A DNA stretch of 64,000 nucleotides from Octopus sinensis (taxonomy: Eukaryota). The position numbers and the translations under genes are program-made. Under the pieces are notes generated by a model that saw only the letters and a list, made by a program, of their open reading frames with translations, was not told where the DNA came from and did not search any database. The stretch is taken from positions 9,052,001-9,116,000 of the forward strand of contig NC_043026.1 of the NCBI RefSeq assembly GCF_006345805.1, read 5' to 3'. This document shows, piece after piece, positions 36,025-51,300 of this stretch (positions are counted from its first letter, which is position 1; each line of letters begins with the position of its first letter).

Positions 36025-36384
36025 ACTAAATTCCTACCTAAGGATACCGTCGTATCTCCAACATGATATAAAACAACAAAGAATTGAAGAACCAAGCAAA
36101 TGTAAGAGAAATACTTGACAAAGGGAAGAAATTTCAACAAAAACGCACTTTACAGAAAAGATTTATCTTCAACAAAACTGCGGTTATGAAATGTTGCAGT
36201 AAAAATTACGAGTAGGAGTTTTAGGAAAAAATTTATTTAAGGGAGATAATTAGAAAATTTCAGGTCACCAAGGGAAACAACTGCGGATAGAATATTTCAT
36301 CGAAAACTTGCATTTCTCACTCACTTAAAGGCTAAGTTGATAAGCGTGCGATGCAAGGGAGACAACTGCGGATAGCTTTAACAA

Positions 36385-39300
36385 AACAACGATTTGCTCC
36401 TCTCACTCGCAGGGAACAACGATTTGCTCCTCTCACTTGCAGGGAACAACGATTTGCTCCTCTCACTCGCAGGGAACAACGATTTGCTCCTCTCACTCGC
36501 AGGGAACAACGATTTGCTCCTCTCACTTGCAGGGAAGGACGATTTGCTCCTCTCACTTGCAGGGAACAACGATTTGCTCCTCTCACTTGCAGGGAAGGAC
36601 GATTTGCTCCTCTCACTCGCAGGGAAGGACGATTTGCTCCTCTCACTTGCAGGGAAGGACGATTTGCTCCTCTCACTTGCAGGGAACAACGATTTGCTCC
36701 TCTCACTTGCAGGGAACAACGATTTGCTCCTCTCACTTGCAGGGAACAACGATTTGCTCCTCTCACTTGCAGGGAACAACGATTTGCTCCTCTCACTTGC
36801 AGGGAACAACGATTTGCTCCTCTCACTTGCAGGGAACAACGATTTGCTCCTCTCACTTGCAGGGAACAACGATTTGCTCCTCTCACTTGCAGGGACCAAC
36901 GATTTGCTCCTCTCACTTGCAGGGAACAACGATTTGCCCCTTTCACTTGCAGGGAAGGACGATTTGATCCTCTCACTTGCAGGGAAGAACGATTTGCTCC
37001 TCTCACTTGCAGGGAACAACGATTTGCTCCTCTCACTCGCAGGGAACAACGATTTGCTCCTCTCACTCGCAGGGAAGGACGATTTGCTCCTCTCACTCGC
37101 AGGGAAGGACGATTTGCTCCTCTCACTCGCAGGGAACAACGATTTGCTCCTCTCACTCGCAGGGAACAACGATTTGCTCCTCTCACTCGCAGGGAAGAAC
37201 GATTTGCTCCTCTCAGTTGCAGGGAAGGACGATTTGCTCCTCTCACTTGCAGCGAACAACGATTTGCTCTCTCACTTGCAGGGAACAACGATTTGCTCCT
37301 CTCACTTGCAGGGAACAACGATTTGCTCCTCTCACTTGCAGGGAACAACGATTTGCTCCTCTCACTCGCAGGGAAGGACGATTTGCTCCTCTCACTCGCA
37401 GGGAAGGACGATTTGCTCCTCTCACTTGCAGGGAACAACGATTTGCTCCTCTCACTTGCAGGGAACAACGATTTGCTCCTCTCACTTGCAGGGAACAACG
37501 ATTTGCTCCTCTCACTTGCAGGGAAGGACGATTTGCTCCTCTCACTTGCAGGGAAGGACGATTTGCTCCTCTCACTTGCAGGGAACAACGATTTGCTCCT
37601 CTCACTTGCAGGGAACAACGATTTGCTCCTCTCACTTGCAGGGAACAACGATTTGCTCCTCTCACTTGCAGGGAACAACGATTTGCTCCTCTCACTTGCA
37701 GGGAACAACGATTTGCTCCTCTCACTTGCAGGGAACAACGATTTGCTCCTCTCACTTGCAGGGAACAACGATTTGCTCCTCTCACTTGCAGGGAACAACG
37801 ATTTGCTCCTCTCACTTGCAGGGAAGAACGATTTGCTCCTCTCACTTGCAGGGAACAACGATTTGCTCCTCTCACTCGCAGGGAAGGACGATTTGCTCCT
37901 CTCACTCGCAGGGAAGGACGATTTGCTCCTCTCACTTGCAGGGAACAACGATTTGCTCCTCTCACTTGCAGGGAACAACGATTTGCTCCTCTCACTTGCA
38001 GGGAAGGACGATTTGCTCCTCTCACTCGCAGGGAACAACGATTTGCTCCTCTCACTTGCAGGGACCAACGATTTGCTCCTCTCACTTGCAGGGAACAACG
38101 ATTTGCTCCTCTCACTCGCAGGGAAGGACGATTTGCTCCTCTCACTTGCAGGGACCAACGATTTGCTCCTCTCACTTGCAGGGAAGGACGATTTGCTCCT
38201 CTCACTTGCAGGGAAGGACGATTTGCTCCTCTCACTTGCAGGGAACAACGATTTGCTCCTCTCACTTGCAGGGACCAACGATTTGCTCCTCTCACTTGCA
38301 GGGAACAACGATTTGCTCCTCTCACTTGCAGGGACCAACGATTTGCTCCTCTCACTTGCAGGGAACAACGATTTGCTCCTCTCACTTGCAGGGAACAACG
38401 ATTTGCTCCTCTCACTTGCAGGGACCAACGATTTGCTCCTCTCACTTGCAGGTAATGACGATTTGCTCCTCTCACTCGCAGGGAAGGACGATTTGCTCCT
38501 CTCACTCGCAGGGAAGGACGATTTGCTCCTCTCACTTGCAGGGAACAACGATTTGCTCCTCTCACTTGCAGGGAACAACGATTTGCTCCTCTCACTTGCA
38601 GGGAAGGACGATTTGCTCCTCTCACTCGCAGGGAAGGACGATTTGCTCCTCTCACTTGCAGGGACCAACGATTTGCTCCTCTCACTTGCAGGGAACAACG
38701 ATTTGCTCCTCTCACTTGCAGGGAACAACGATTTGCTCCTCTCACTTGCAGGGACCAACGATTTGCTCCTCTCACTTGCAGGGAACAACGATTTGCTCCT
38801 CTCACTTGCAGGGACCAACGATTTGCTCCTCTCACTTGCAGGGAACAACGATTTGCTCCTCTCACTTGCAGGGAACAACGATTTGCTCCTCTCACTTGCA
38901 GGGAACAACGATTTGCTCCTCTCACTTGCAGGGACCAACGATTTGCTCCTCTCACTTGCAGGGACCAACGATTTGCTCCTCTCACTTGCAGGGAACAACG
39001 ATTTGCTCCTCTCACTTGCAGGGACCAACGATTTGCTCCTCTCACTTGCAGGGAACAACGATTTGCTCCTCTCACTTGCAGGGACAACGATTTGCTCCTC
39101 TCACTTGCAGGAAGAACGATTTGCTCCTCTCACTCGCAGGGACAACGATTTGCTCCTCTCACTTGCAGGGAACAACGATTTGCTCCTCTCACTTGCAGGG
39201 AACAACGATTTGCTCCTCTCACTTGCAGGGAACAACGATTTGCTCCTCTCACTTGCAGGGACCAACGATTTGCTCCTCTCACTTGCAGGGAACAACGATT

Positions 39301-42300
39301 TGCTCCTCTCACTTGCAGGGAACAACGATTTGCTCCTCTCACTTGCAGGGAACAACGATTTGCTCCTCTCACTTGCAGGGAACAACGATTTGCTCCTCTC
39401 ACTTGCAGGGAACAACGATTTGCTCCTCTCACTTGCAGGGAAGGACGATTTGCTCCTCTCACTTGCAGGGAACAACGATTTGCTCCTCTCACTCGCAGGG
39501 AATAACGATTTGCTCCTCTCACTCGCAGGGAACAACGATTTGCTCCTCTCACTTGCAGGGAACAACGATTTGCTCCTCTCACTTGCAGGGAACAACGATT
39601 TGCTCCTCTCACTCGCAGGGAATAACGATTTGCTCCTCTCACTCGCAGGGAACAACGATTTGCTCCTCTCACTTGCAGGGACCAACGATTTGCTCCTCTC
39701 ACTCGCAGGGAACAACGATTTGCTCCTCTCACTTGCAGGGAACAACGATTTGCTCCTCTCACTTGCAGGGAACAACGATTTGCTCCTCTCACTTGCAGGT
39801 AATGACGATTTGCTCCTCTCACTCGCAGGGAACAACGATTTGCTCCTCTCACTCGCAGGGAACAACGATTTGCTCCTCTCACTTGCAGGGAACAACGATT
39901 TGCTCCTCTCACTTGCAGGGAACAACGATTTGCTCCTCTCACTTGCAGGTAATGACGATTTGCTCCTCTCACTCGCAGGGAACAACGATTTGCTCCTCTC
40001 ACTCGCAGGGAACAACGATTTGCTCCTCTCACTTGCAGGTAATGACGATTTGCTCCTCTCACTTGCAGGGAACAACGATTTGCTCCTCTCACTCGCAGGG
40101 AACAACGATTTGCTCCTCTCACTTGCAGGTAATGACGATTTGCTCCTCTCACTTGCAGGGAACAACGATTTGCTCCTCTCACTTGCAGGGAAGGACGATT
40201 TGCTCCTCTCACTCGCAGGGAACAACGATTTGCTCCTCTCACTCGCAGGGAACAACGATTTGCTCCTCTCACTCGCAGGGAACAACGATTTGCTCCTCTC
40301 ACTTGCAGGGAACAACGATTTGCTCCTCTCACTCGCAGGGAACAACGATTTGCTCCTCTCACTCGCAGGGAACAACGATTTGCTCCTCTCACTTGCAGGG
40401 AACAACGATTTGCTCCTCTCACTCGCAGGGAAGGACGATTTGCTCCTCTCACTCGCAGGGAACAACGATTTGCTCCTCTCACTCGCAGGGAAGGACGATT
40501 TGCTCCTCTCACTTGCAGGGAACAACGATTTGCTCCTCTCACTTGCAGGGAACAACGATTTGCTCCTCTCACTTGCAGGGAACAACGATTTGCTCCTCTC
40601 ACTCGCAGGGAACAACGATTTGCTCCTCTCACTCGCAGGGAACAACGATTTGCTCCTCTCACTCGCAGGGAAGGACGATTTGCTCCTCTCACTCGCAGGG
40701 AACAACGATTTGCTCCTCTCACTCGCAGGGAACAACGATTTGCTCCTCTCACTTGCAGGTAATGACGATTTGCTCCTCTCACTTGCAGGGAACAACGATT
40801 TGCTCCTCTCACTCGCAGGGAACAACGATTTGCTCCTCTCACTTGCAGGTAATGACGATTTGCTCCTCTCACTTGCAGGGAACAACCATTTGCTCCTCTC
40901 ACTCGCAGGGAACAACGATTTGCTCCTCTCACTTGCAGGTAATGACGATTTGCTCCTCTCACTCGCAGGGAACAACGATTTGCTCCTTTCACTCGCAGGG
41001 AACAACGATTTGCTCCTCTCACTTGCAGGGAACAACGATTTGCTCCTTTCACTCGCAGGGAACAACGATTTGCTCCTTTCACTCGCAGGGAACAACGATT
41101 TGCTCCTTTCACTCGCAGGGAACAACGATTTGCTCCTCTCAGTCGCAGGGAACAACGATTTGCTCCTCTCACTCGCAGGGAACAACGATTTGCTCCTCTC
41201 ACTCGCAGGGAACAACGATTTGCTCCTCTCAGTCGCAGGGAACAACGATTTGCTCCTCTCACTCGCAGGGAACAACGATTTGCTCCTCTCACTTGCAGGG
41301 AACAACGATTTGCTCCTCTCACTTGCAGGGAACAACGATTTGCTCCTCTCACTCGCAGGGAACTACGATTTGCTCCTCTCACTCGCAGGGAAGGACGATT
41401 TGCTCCTCTCACTCACAGGGAAGGACGATTTGCTCCTCTCACTTGCAGGGACCAACGATTTGCTCCTCTCACTTGCAGGGACCAACGATTTGCTCTTCTC
41501 ACTTGCAGGGAACAACGATTTGCTCCTCTCACTTGCAGGGAAGGACGATTTGCTCCTCCCACTCGCAGGGAAGAACGATTTTCTCCTCTCACTTGCAGGG
41601 AACAACGATTTGCTCCTCTCACTCGCAGGGAAGTACGATTTGCTCCTCTCACTTGCAGGGAACAACGATTTGCTCCTCTCACTTGCAGGGAACAACGATT
41701 TGCTCCTCTCACTTGCAGGGAAGGACGATTTGCTCCTCTCACTTGCAGGGAAGGACGATTTGCTCCTCTCACTTGCAGGGAACAACGATTTGCTCCTCTC
41801 ACTCGCAGGGAAGTACGATTTGCTCCTCTCACTTGCAGGGAAGGACGATTTGCTCCTCTCACTTGCAGGGAAGGACGATTTGCTCCTCTCACTTGCAGGG
41901 AACAACGATTTGCTCCTCTCACTTGCAGGGAAGAACGATTTGCTCCTCTCACTTGCAGGGAACAACGATTTGCTCCTCTCACTCGCAGGGACCAACGATT
42001 TGCTCCTCTCACTTGCAGGGAACAACGATTTGCTCCTCTCACTTGCAGGGAAGGACGATTTGCTCCTCTCACTTGCAGGGAAGGACAATTTGCTCCTCTC
42101 ACTTGCAGGGACCAACGATTTGCTCCTCTCACTTGCAGGGAACAACGATTTGCTCCTCTCACTTGCAGGGAACAACGATTTGCTCCTCTCACGTGCAGGG
42201 AACAACGATTTGCTCCTCTCACTTGCAGGGACCAACGATTTGCTCCTCTCACTTGCAGGGACCAACGATTTGCTTCTCTCACTCGCAGGGAACAACGATT

Positions 42301-45300
42301 TGCTCCTCTCACTCGCAGGGAACAACGATTTGCTCCTCTCACTTGCAGGGAACAACGATTTGCTCCTCTCACTTGCAGGGAACAACGATTTGCTCCTCTC
42401 ACTCGCATGGAACAACGATTTGCTCCTCTCACTTGCAGGGAACAACGATTTGCTTCTCTCACTCGCAGGGAAGAACGATTTGCTCCACTCACTCGCAGGG
42501 AAGTACGATTTGCTCCTCTCACTTGCAGGGAACAACGATATGCTCCTCTCACTTGCAGGGAAGAACGATTTGCTCCTCTCACTTGCAGGGAAGAACGATT
42601 TTCTCCTCTCACTTGCAGGGAACAACGATTTGCTCCTCTCACTTGCAGGGAACAACGATTTGCTCCTCTCACTCGCAGGGAACAACGATTTGCTCCTCTC
42701 ACTTGCAGGGAACAACGATTTGCTCCTCTCACTCGCAGGGAACAACGATTTGCTCCTCTCACTCGCAGGGAACAACGATTTCCTCCTCTCACTCGCAGGG
42801 AACAACGATTTGCTCCTCTCACTCGCAGGGAAGGACGATTTGCTCCTCTCACTCGCAGGGAACAACGATTTGCTCCTCTCACTCGCAGGGAACAACGATT
42901 TGCTCCTGTCACTTGCAGGGAAGGACGATTTGCTCCTCTCACTCGCAGGGAAGAACGATTTGCTCCTCTCACTCGCAGGGAACAACGATTTGCTCCTCTC
43001 ACTTGCAGGGAACAACGATTTGCTCCTCTCACTCGCAGGGAATAACGATTTGCTCCTCTCACTTGCAGGAAACAACGATTTGCTCCTCTCACTTGCAGGG
43101 AAGAACGATTTGCTCCTCTCACTTGCAGGGAACAACGATTTGCTCCTCTCACTCGCAGGGAAGAACGATTTGCTCCTCTCACTTGCAGGGAAGAACGATT
43201 TGCTCCTCTCACTTGCAGAGAAGAACGATTTGCTCCTCTCACTCGCAGGGAACAACGATTTGCTCCTCTCACTTGCAGGGAAGGACGATTTGCTCCTCTC
43301 ACTTGCAGGGAACAACGATTTGCTCCTCTCACTCGCAGGGAACAACGATTTGCTCCTCTCACTCGCAGGGAACAACGATTTGCTCCTCTCACTTGCAAGG
43401 AACAACGATTTGCTCCTCTCACTTGCAGGGAACAACGATTTGCTCCTCTCACTTGCAGGGAACAACGATTTGCTCCTTTCACTTGCAGGGAAGGACGATT
43501 TGATCCTCTCACTTGCAGGGAAGAACGATTTGCTCCTCTCACTTGCAGGGAACAACGATTTGCTCCTCTCAGTTGCAGGGAAGGACGATTTGCTCCTCTC
43601 ACTTGCAGCGAACAACGATTTGCTCTCTCACTTGCAGGGAACAACGATTTGCTCTCTCACTCGCAGGGAACAACGATTTGCTCCTCTCATTTGCAGGGAA
43701 CAACGATTTGCTCCTCTCACTCGCAGGGAACAACGATTTGCTCCTCTCACTTGCAGGGGAGAACGATTTGCTCCACTCACTCGCAGGGAACAACGATTTG
43801 CTCCTCTCACTTGCAGGGAACAACGATTTGCTCCTCTCACTTGCAGGGAACAACGATTTGCTCCTCTCACTTGCAGGGAACAACGATTTGCTCCTCTCAC
43901 TTGCAGGGACCAACGATTTGCTCCTCTCACTTGCAGGGACCAACGATTTGCTTCTCTCACTCGCAGGGAACAACGATTTGCTCCTCTCACTCGCAGGGAA
44001 CAACGATTTGCTCCTCTCACTTGCAGGGAACAACGATTTGCTCCTCTCACTTGCAGGGAACAACGATTTGCTCCTCTCACTCGCAGGGAAGAACGATTTG
44101 CTCCACTCACTCGCAGGGAAGTACGATTTGCTCCTCTCACTTGCAGGGAACAACGATTTGCTCCTCTCACTTGCAGGGAACAACGATTTGCTCCTCTCAC
44201 TCGCAGGGAACAACGATTTGCTCCTCTCACTTGCAGGGAACAACGATTTGCTCCTCTCACTCGCAGGGAACAACGATTTGCTCCTCTCACTCGCAGGGAA
44301 CAACGATTTGCTCCTCTCACTCGCAGGGAACAACGATTTGCTCCTCTCACTCGCAGGGAAGGACGATTTGCTCCTCTCACTCGCAGGGAACAACGATTTG
44401 CTCCTCTCACTCGCAGGGAACAACGATTTGCTCCTGTCACTTGCAGGGAAGGACGATTTGCTCCTCTCACTTGCAGGGAAGGACGATTTGCTCCTCTCAC
44501 TTGCAGGGAACAACGATTTGCTCCTCTCACTCGCAGGGAAGTACGATTTGCTCCTCTCACTTGCAGGGAAGGACGATTTGCTCCTCTCACTTGCAGGGAA
44601 GGACGATTTGCTCCTCTCACTTGCAGGGAACAACGATTTGCTCCTCTCACTTGCAGGGAAGAACGATTTGCTCCTCTCACTTGCAGGGAACAACGATTTG
44701 CTCCTCTCACTCGCAGGGACCAACGATTTGCTCCTCTCACTTGCAGGGAACAACGATTTGCTCCTCTCACTTGCAGGGAAGGACGATTTGCTCCTCTCAC
44801 TTGCAGGGAAGGACAATTTGCTCCTCTCACTTGCAGGGACCAACGATTTGCTCCTCTCACTTGCAGGGAACAACGATTTGCTCCTCTCACTTGCAGGGAA
44901 CAACGATTTGCTCCTCTCACTTGCAGGGAACAACGATTTGCTCCTCTCACTTGCAGGGACCAACGATTTGCTCCTCTCACTTGCAGGGACCAACAATTTG
45001 CTTCTCTCACTCGCAGGGAACAACGATTTGCTCCTCTCACTCGCAGGGAACAACGATTTGCTCCTCTCACTTGCAGGGAACAACGATTTGCTCCTCTCAC
45101 TTGCAGGGAACAACGATTTGCTCCTCTCACTCGCAGGGAAGAACGATTTGCTCCACTCACTCGCAGGGAAGTACGATTTGCTCCTCTCACTTGCAGGGAA
45201 CAACGATATGCTCCTCTGACTTGCAGGGAAGAACGATTTGCTCCTCTCACTTGCAGGGAAGAACGATTTGCTCCTCTCACTTGCAGGGAACAACGATTTG

Positions 45301-48300
45301 CTCCTCTCACTTGCAGGGAACAACGATTTGCTCCTCTCACTCGCAGGGAACAACGATTTGCTCCTCTCACTTGCAGGGAACAACGATTTGCTCCTCTCAC
45401 TCGCAGGGAACAACGATTTGCTCCTCTCACTCGCAGGGAACAACGATTTGCTCCTCTCACTCGCAGGGAACAACGATTTGCTCCTCTCACTCGCAGGGAA
45501 GGACGATTTGCTCCTCTCACTCGCAGGGAACAACGATTTGCTCCTCTCACTCGCAGGGAACAACGATTTGCTCCTGTCACTTGCAGGGAAGGACGATTTG
45601 CTCCTCTCACTCGCAGGGAAGAACGATTTGCTCCTCTCACTCGCAGGGAACAACGATTTGCTCCTCTCACTTGCAGGGAACAACGATTTGCTCCTCTCAC
45701 TCGCAGGGAATAACGATTTGCTCCTCTCACTTGCAGGAAACAACGATTTGCTCCTCTCACTTGCAGGGAAGAACGATTTGCTCCTCTCACTTGCAGGGAA
45801 CAACGATTTGCTCCTCTCACTCGCAGGGAACAACGATTTGCTCCTCTCACTTGCAGGGAAGAACGATTTGCTCCTCTCACCTGCAGAGAAGAACGATTTG
45901 CTCCTCTCACTCGCAGGGAACAACGATTTGCTCCTCTCACTTGCAGGGAAGGACGATTTGCTCCTCTCACTTGCAGGGAACAACGATTTGCTCCTCTCAC
46001 TTGCAGGGAACAACGATTTGCTCCTCTCACTCGCAGGGAACAACGATTTGCTCCTCTCACTCGCAGGGAACAACGATTTGCTCCTCTCACTTGCAAGGAA
46101 CAACGATTTGCTCCTCTCACTTGCAGGGAACAACGATTTGCTCCTCTCACTTGCAGGGAACAACGATTTGCTCCTTTCACTTGCAGGGAAGGACGATTTG
46201 CTCCTCTCACTTGCAGGGAAGAACGATTTGCTCCTCTCACTTGCAGGGAACAACGATTTGCTCCTCTCAGTTGCAGGGAAGGACGATTTGCTCCTCTCAC
46301 TTGCAGCGAACAACGATTTGCTCTCTCACTTGCAGGGAACAACGATTTGCTCTCTCACTCGCAGGGAACAACGATTTGCTCCTCTCATTTGCAGGGAACA
46401 ACGATTTGCTCCTCTCACTCGCAGGGAACAACGATTTGCTCCTCTCACTTGCAGGGGAGAACGATTTGCTCCACTCACTCGCAGGGAACAACGATTTGCT
46501 CCTCTCACTTGCAGGGAACAACGATTTGCTCCTCTCACTTGCAGGGAACAACGATTTGCTCCTCTCACTTGCAGGGAACAACGATTTGCTCCTCTCACTT
46601 GCAGGGACCAACGATTTGCTCCTCTCACTTGCAGGGACCAACGATTTGCTTCTCTCACTCGCAGGGAACAACGATTTGCTCCTCTCACTCGCAGGGAACA
46701 ACGATTTGCTCCTCTCACTTGCAGGGAACAACGATTTGCTCCTCTCACTTGCAGGGAACAACGATTTGCTCCTCTCACTCGCAGGGAAGAACGATTTGCT
46801 CCACTCACTCGCAGGGAAGTACGATTTGCTCCTCTCACTTGCAGGGAACAACGATTTGCTCCTCTCACTTGCAGGGAACAACGATTTGCTCCTCTCACTC
46901 GCAGGGAACAACGATTTGCTCCTCTCACTTGCAGGGAACAACGATTTGCTCCTCTCACTCGCAGGGAACAACGATTTGCTCCTCTCACTCGCAGGGAACA
47001 ACGATTTGCTCCTCTCACTCGCAGGGAACAACGATTTGCTCCTCTCACTCGCAGGGAAGGACGATTTGCTCCTCTCACTCGCAGGGAACAACGATTTGCT
47101 CCTCTCACTCGCAGGGAACAACGATTTGCTCCTGTCACTTGCAGGGAAGGACGATTTGCTCCTCTCACTCGCAGGGAAGAACGATTTGCTCCTCTCACTC
47201 GCAGGGAACAACGATTTGCTCCTCTCACTTGCAGGGAACAACGATTTGCTCCTGTCACTCGCAGGGAATAACGATTTGCTCCTCTCACTTGCAGGAAACA
47301 ACGATTTGCTCCTCTCACTTGCAGGGAAGAACGATTTGCTCCTCTCACTTGCAGGGAACAACGATTTGCTCCTCTCACTCGCAGGGAACAACGATTTGCT
47401 CCTCTCACTTGCAGGGAAGAACGATTTGCTCCTCTCACTTGCAGGAAGAACGATTTGCTCCTCTCACTCGCAGGGAACAACGATTTGCTCCTCTCACTTG
47501 CAGGGAAGGACGATTTGCTCCTCTCACTTGCAGGGAACAACGATTTGCTCCTCTCACTTGCAGGGAACAACGATTTGCTCCTCTCACTCGCAGGGAACAA
47601 CGATTTGCTCCTCTCACTCGCAGGGAACAACGATTTGCTCCTCTCACTTGCAAGGAACAACGATTTGCTCCTCTCACTTGCAGGGAAGGACGATTTGCTC
47701 CTCTCACTTGCAGGGAACAACGATTTGCTCCTTTCACTTGCAGGGAAGGACGATTTGATCCTCTCACTTGCAGGGAAGAACGATTTGCTCCTCTCACTTG
47801 CAGGGAACAACGATTTGCTCCTCTCACTTGCAGGGAAGGACGATTTGCTCCTCTCACTTGCAGCGAACAACGATTTGCTCTCTCACTTGCAGGGAACAAC
47901 GATTTGCTCTCTCACTCGCAGGGAACAACGATTTGCTCCTCTCATTTGCAGGGAACAACGATTTGCTCCTCTCACTCGCAGGGAACAACGATTTGCTCCT
48001 CTCACTTGCAGGGAACAACGATTTGCTCCACTCACTCGCAGGGAACAACGATTTGCTCCTCTCACTTGCAGGGAACAACGATTTGCTCCTCTCACTTGCA
48101 GGGAACAACGATTTGCTCCTCTCACTCGCAGGGAACAACGATTTGCTCCTCTCACTCGCAGGGAACAACGATTTGCCCTCTCACTTGCAGGGAAGGACGA
48201 TTTGCTCCTCTCACTCGCAGGGAACAACGATTTGCTCCTCTCACTTGCAGGGAACAACGATTTGCTCCTCTCACTTGCAGGGAACAACGATTTGCTCCTC

Positions 48301-51300
48301 TCACTCGCAGGGAACAACGATTTGCTCCTCTCACTTGCAGGGAACAACGATTTGCTCCTCTCACTCGCAGGGAACAACGATTTGCTCCTCTCACTCGCAG
48401 GGAACAACGATTTGCTCCTCTCACTTGCAGGGAACAACGATTTGCTCCTCTCACTCGCAGGGAACAACGATTTGCTCCTCTCACTTGCAGGGAACGACGA
48501 TTTGCTCCTCTCACTTGCAGGGAACGACGATTTGCTCCTCTCACTTGCAGGGAACAACGATTTGCTCCTCTCACTTGCAGGGAAGGACGATTTGCTCCTC
48601 TCACTTGCAGGGAACAACGATTTGCTCCTCTCACTTGCAGGGACAACGATTTGCTCCTCTCACTCGCAGGGAACAACGATTTGCTCCTCTCACTTGCAGG
48701 GAACAACGATTTGCTCCTCTCACTTGCAGGGAAAACGATTTGCTCCTCTCACTTGCAGGGAACAACGATTTGCTCCTCTCACTTGCAGGGAACAACGATT
48801 TTCTCCTCTCACTTGCAGGGAACAACGATTTGCTCCTCTCACTTGCAGGGAACAACGATTTGCTCCTCTCACTCGCAGGGAAGGACGATTTGCTCCTCTC
48901 ACTCGCAGGGAACAACGATTTGCTCCTCTCACTCGCAGGGAACAACGATTTGCTCCTCTCACTTGCAGGGAAGGACGATTTGCTCCTCTCACTCGCAGGG
49001 AAGAACGATTTGCTCCTCTCACTCGCAGGGAACAACGATTTGCTCCTCTCACTTGCAGGGAACAACGATTTGCTCCTCTCACTCGCAGGGAACAACGATT
49101 TGCTCCTCTCACTTGCAGGAAACAACGATTTGCTCCTCTCACTTGCAGGGAACAACGATTTGCTCCTCTCACTTGCAGGGAACAACGATTTGCTCCTCTC
49201 ACTCGCAGGGAACAACGATTTGCTCCTCTCACTTGCAGGGAAGAACGATTTGCTCCTCTCACTGCAGGGAACAACGATTTGCTCCTCTCACTCGCAGGGA
49301 ACAACGATTTGCTCCTCTCACTTGCAGGGAAGGACGATTTGCTCCTCTCACTTGCAGGGAACAACGATTTGCTCCTCTCACTTGCAGGGAACAACGATTT
49401 GCTCCTCTCACTCGCAGGGAACAACGATTTGCTCCTCTCACTCGCAGGGAACAACGATTTGCTCCTCTCACTTGCAGGAACAACGATTTGCTCCTCTCAC
49501 TTGCAGGGAACAACGATTTGCTCCTCTCACTTGCAGGGAACAACGATTTGCTCCTTCACTTGCAGGGAAGGACGATTTGCTCCTCTCACTTGCAGGGAAG
49601 AACGATTTGCTCCTCTCACTTGCAGGGAACAACGATTTGCTCCTCTCACTTGCAGGGAAGGACGATTTGCTCCTCTCACTTGCAGGGAACAACGATTTGC
49701 TCCTCTCACTTGCAGGGAACAACGATTTGCTCCTCTCACTCGCAGGGAACAACGATTTGCTCCTCTCATTTGCAGGGAACAACGATTTGCTCCTCTCACT
49801 CGCAGGGAACAACGATTTGCTCCTCTCACTTGCAGGGAGAACGATTTGCTCCACTCACTCGCAGGGAACAACGATTTGCTCCTCTCACTTGCAGGGAACA
49901 ACGATTTGCTCCTCTCACTTGCAGGGAACAACGATTTGCTCCTCTCACTTGCAGGGAACAACGATTTGCTCCTCTCACTTGCAGGGACCAACGATTTGCT
50001 CCTCTCACTTGCAGGGACAACGATTTGCTCTCTCACTCGCAGGGAACAACGATTTGCTCCTCTCACTCGCAGGGAACAACGATTTGCTCCTCTCACTTGC
50101 AGGGAACAACGATTTGCTCCTCTCACTTGCAGGGAACAACGATTTGCTCCTCTCACTCGCAGGGAAGAACGATTTGCTCCTCTCACTCGCAGGGAAGTAC
50201 GATTTGCTCCTCTCACTTGCAGGGAACAACGATTTGCTCCTCTCACTTGCAGGGAACAACGATTTGCTCCTCTCACTCGCAGGGAACAACGATTTGCTCC
50301 TCTCACTTGCAGGGAACAACGATTTGCTCCTCTCACTCGCAGGGAACAACGATTTGCTCCTCTCACTCGCAGGGAACAACGATTTGCTCCTCTCACTCGC
50401 AGGGAACAACGATTTGCTCCTCTCACTCGCAGGGAAAGGACGATTTGCTCCTCTCACTCGCAGGGAACAACGATTTGCTCCTCTCACTCGCAGGGAACAA
50501 CGATTTGCTCCTCTCACTTGCAGGGAAGGACGATTTGCTCCTCTCACTCGCAGGGAAGAACGATTTGCTCCTCTCACTTGCAGGGAACAACGATTTGCTC
50601 CTCTCACTTGCAGGGAACAACGATTTGCTCCTCTCACTCGCAGGGAATAACGATTTGCTCCTCTCACTTGCAGGGAACAACGATTTGCTCCTCTCACTTG
50701 CAGGGAACAACGATTTGCTCCTCTCACTTGCAGGGAACAACGATTTGCTCCTCTCACTCGCAGGGAACAACGATTTGCTCCTCTCACTTGCAGGGAAGAA
50801 CGATTTGCTCCTCTCACTTGCAGGGAACAACGATTTGCTCCTCTCACTCGCAGGGAACAACGATTTGCTCCTCTCACTTGCAGGGAAGGACGATTTGCTC
50901 CTCTCACTTGCAGGGAACAACGATTTGCTCCTCTCACTGCAGGGAACAACGATTTGCTCCTCTCACTCGCAGGGAACAACGATTTGCTCCTCTCACTCGC
51001 AGGGAACAACGATTTGCTCCTCTCACTTGCAAGGAACAACGATTTGCTCCTCTCACTTGCAGGGAAGGACGATTTGCTCCTCTCACTTGCAGGGAACAAC
51101 GATTTGCTCCTTTCACTTGCAGGGAAGGACGATTTGATCCTCTCACTTGCAGGGAAGAACGATTTGCTCCTCTCACTTGCAGGGAACAACGATTTGCTCC
51201 TCTCACTTGCAGGGAAGGACGATTTGCTCCTCTCACTTGCAGCGAACAACGATTTGCTCTCTCACTTGCAGGGAACAACGATTTGCTCTCTCACTCGCAG

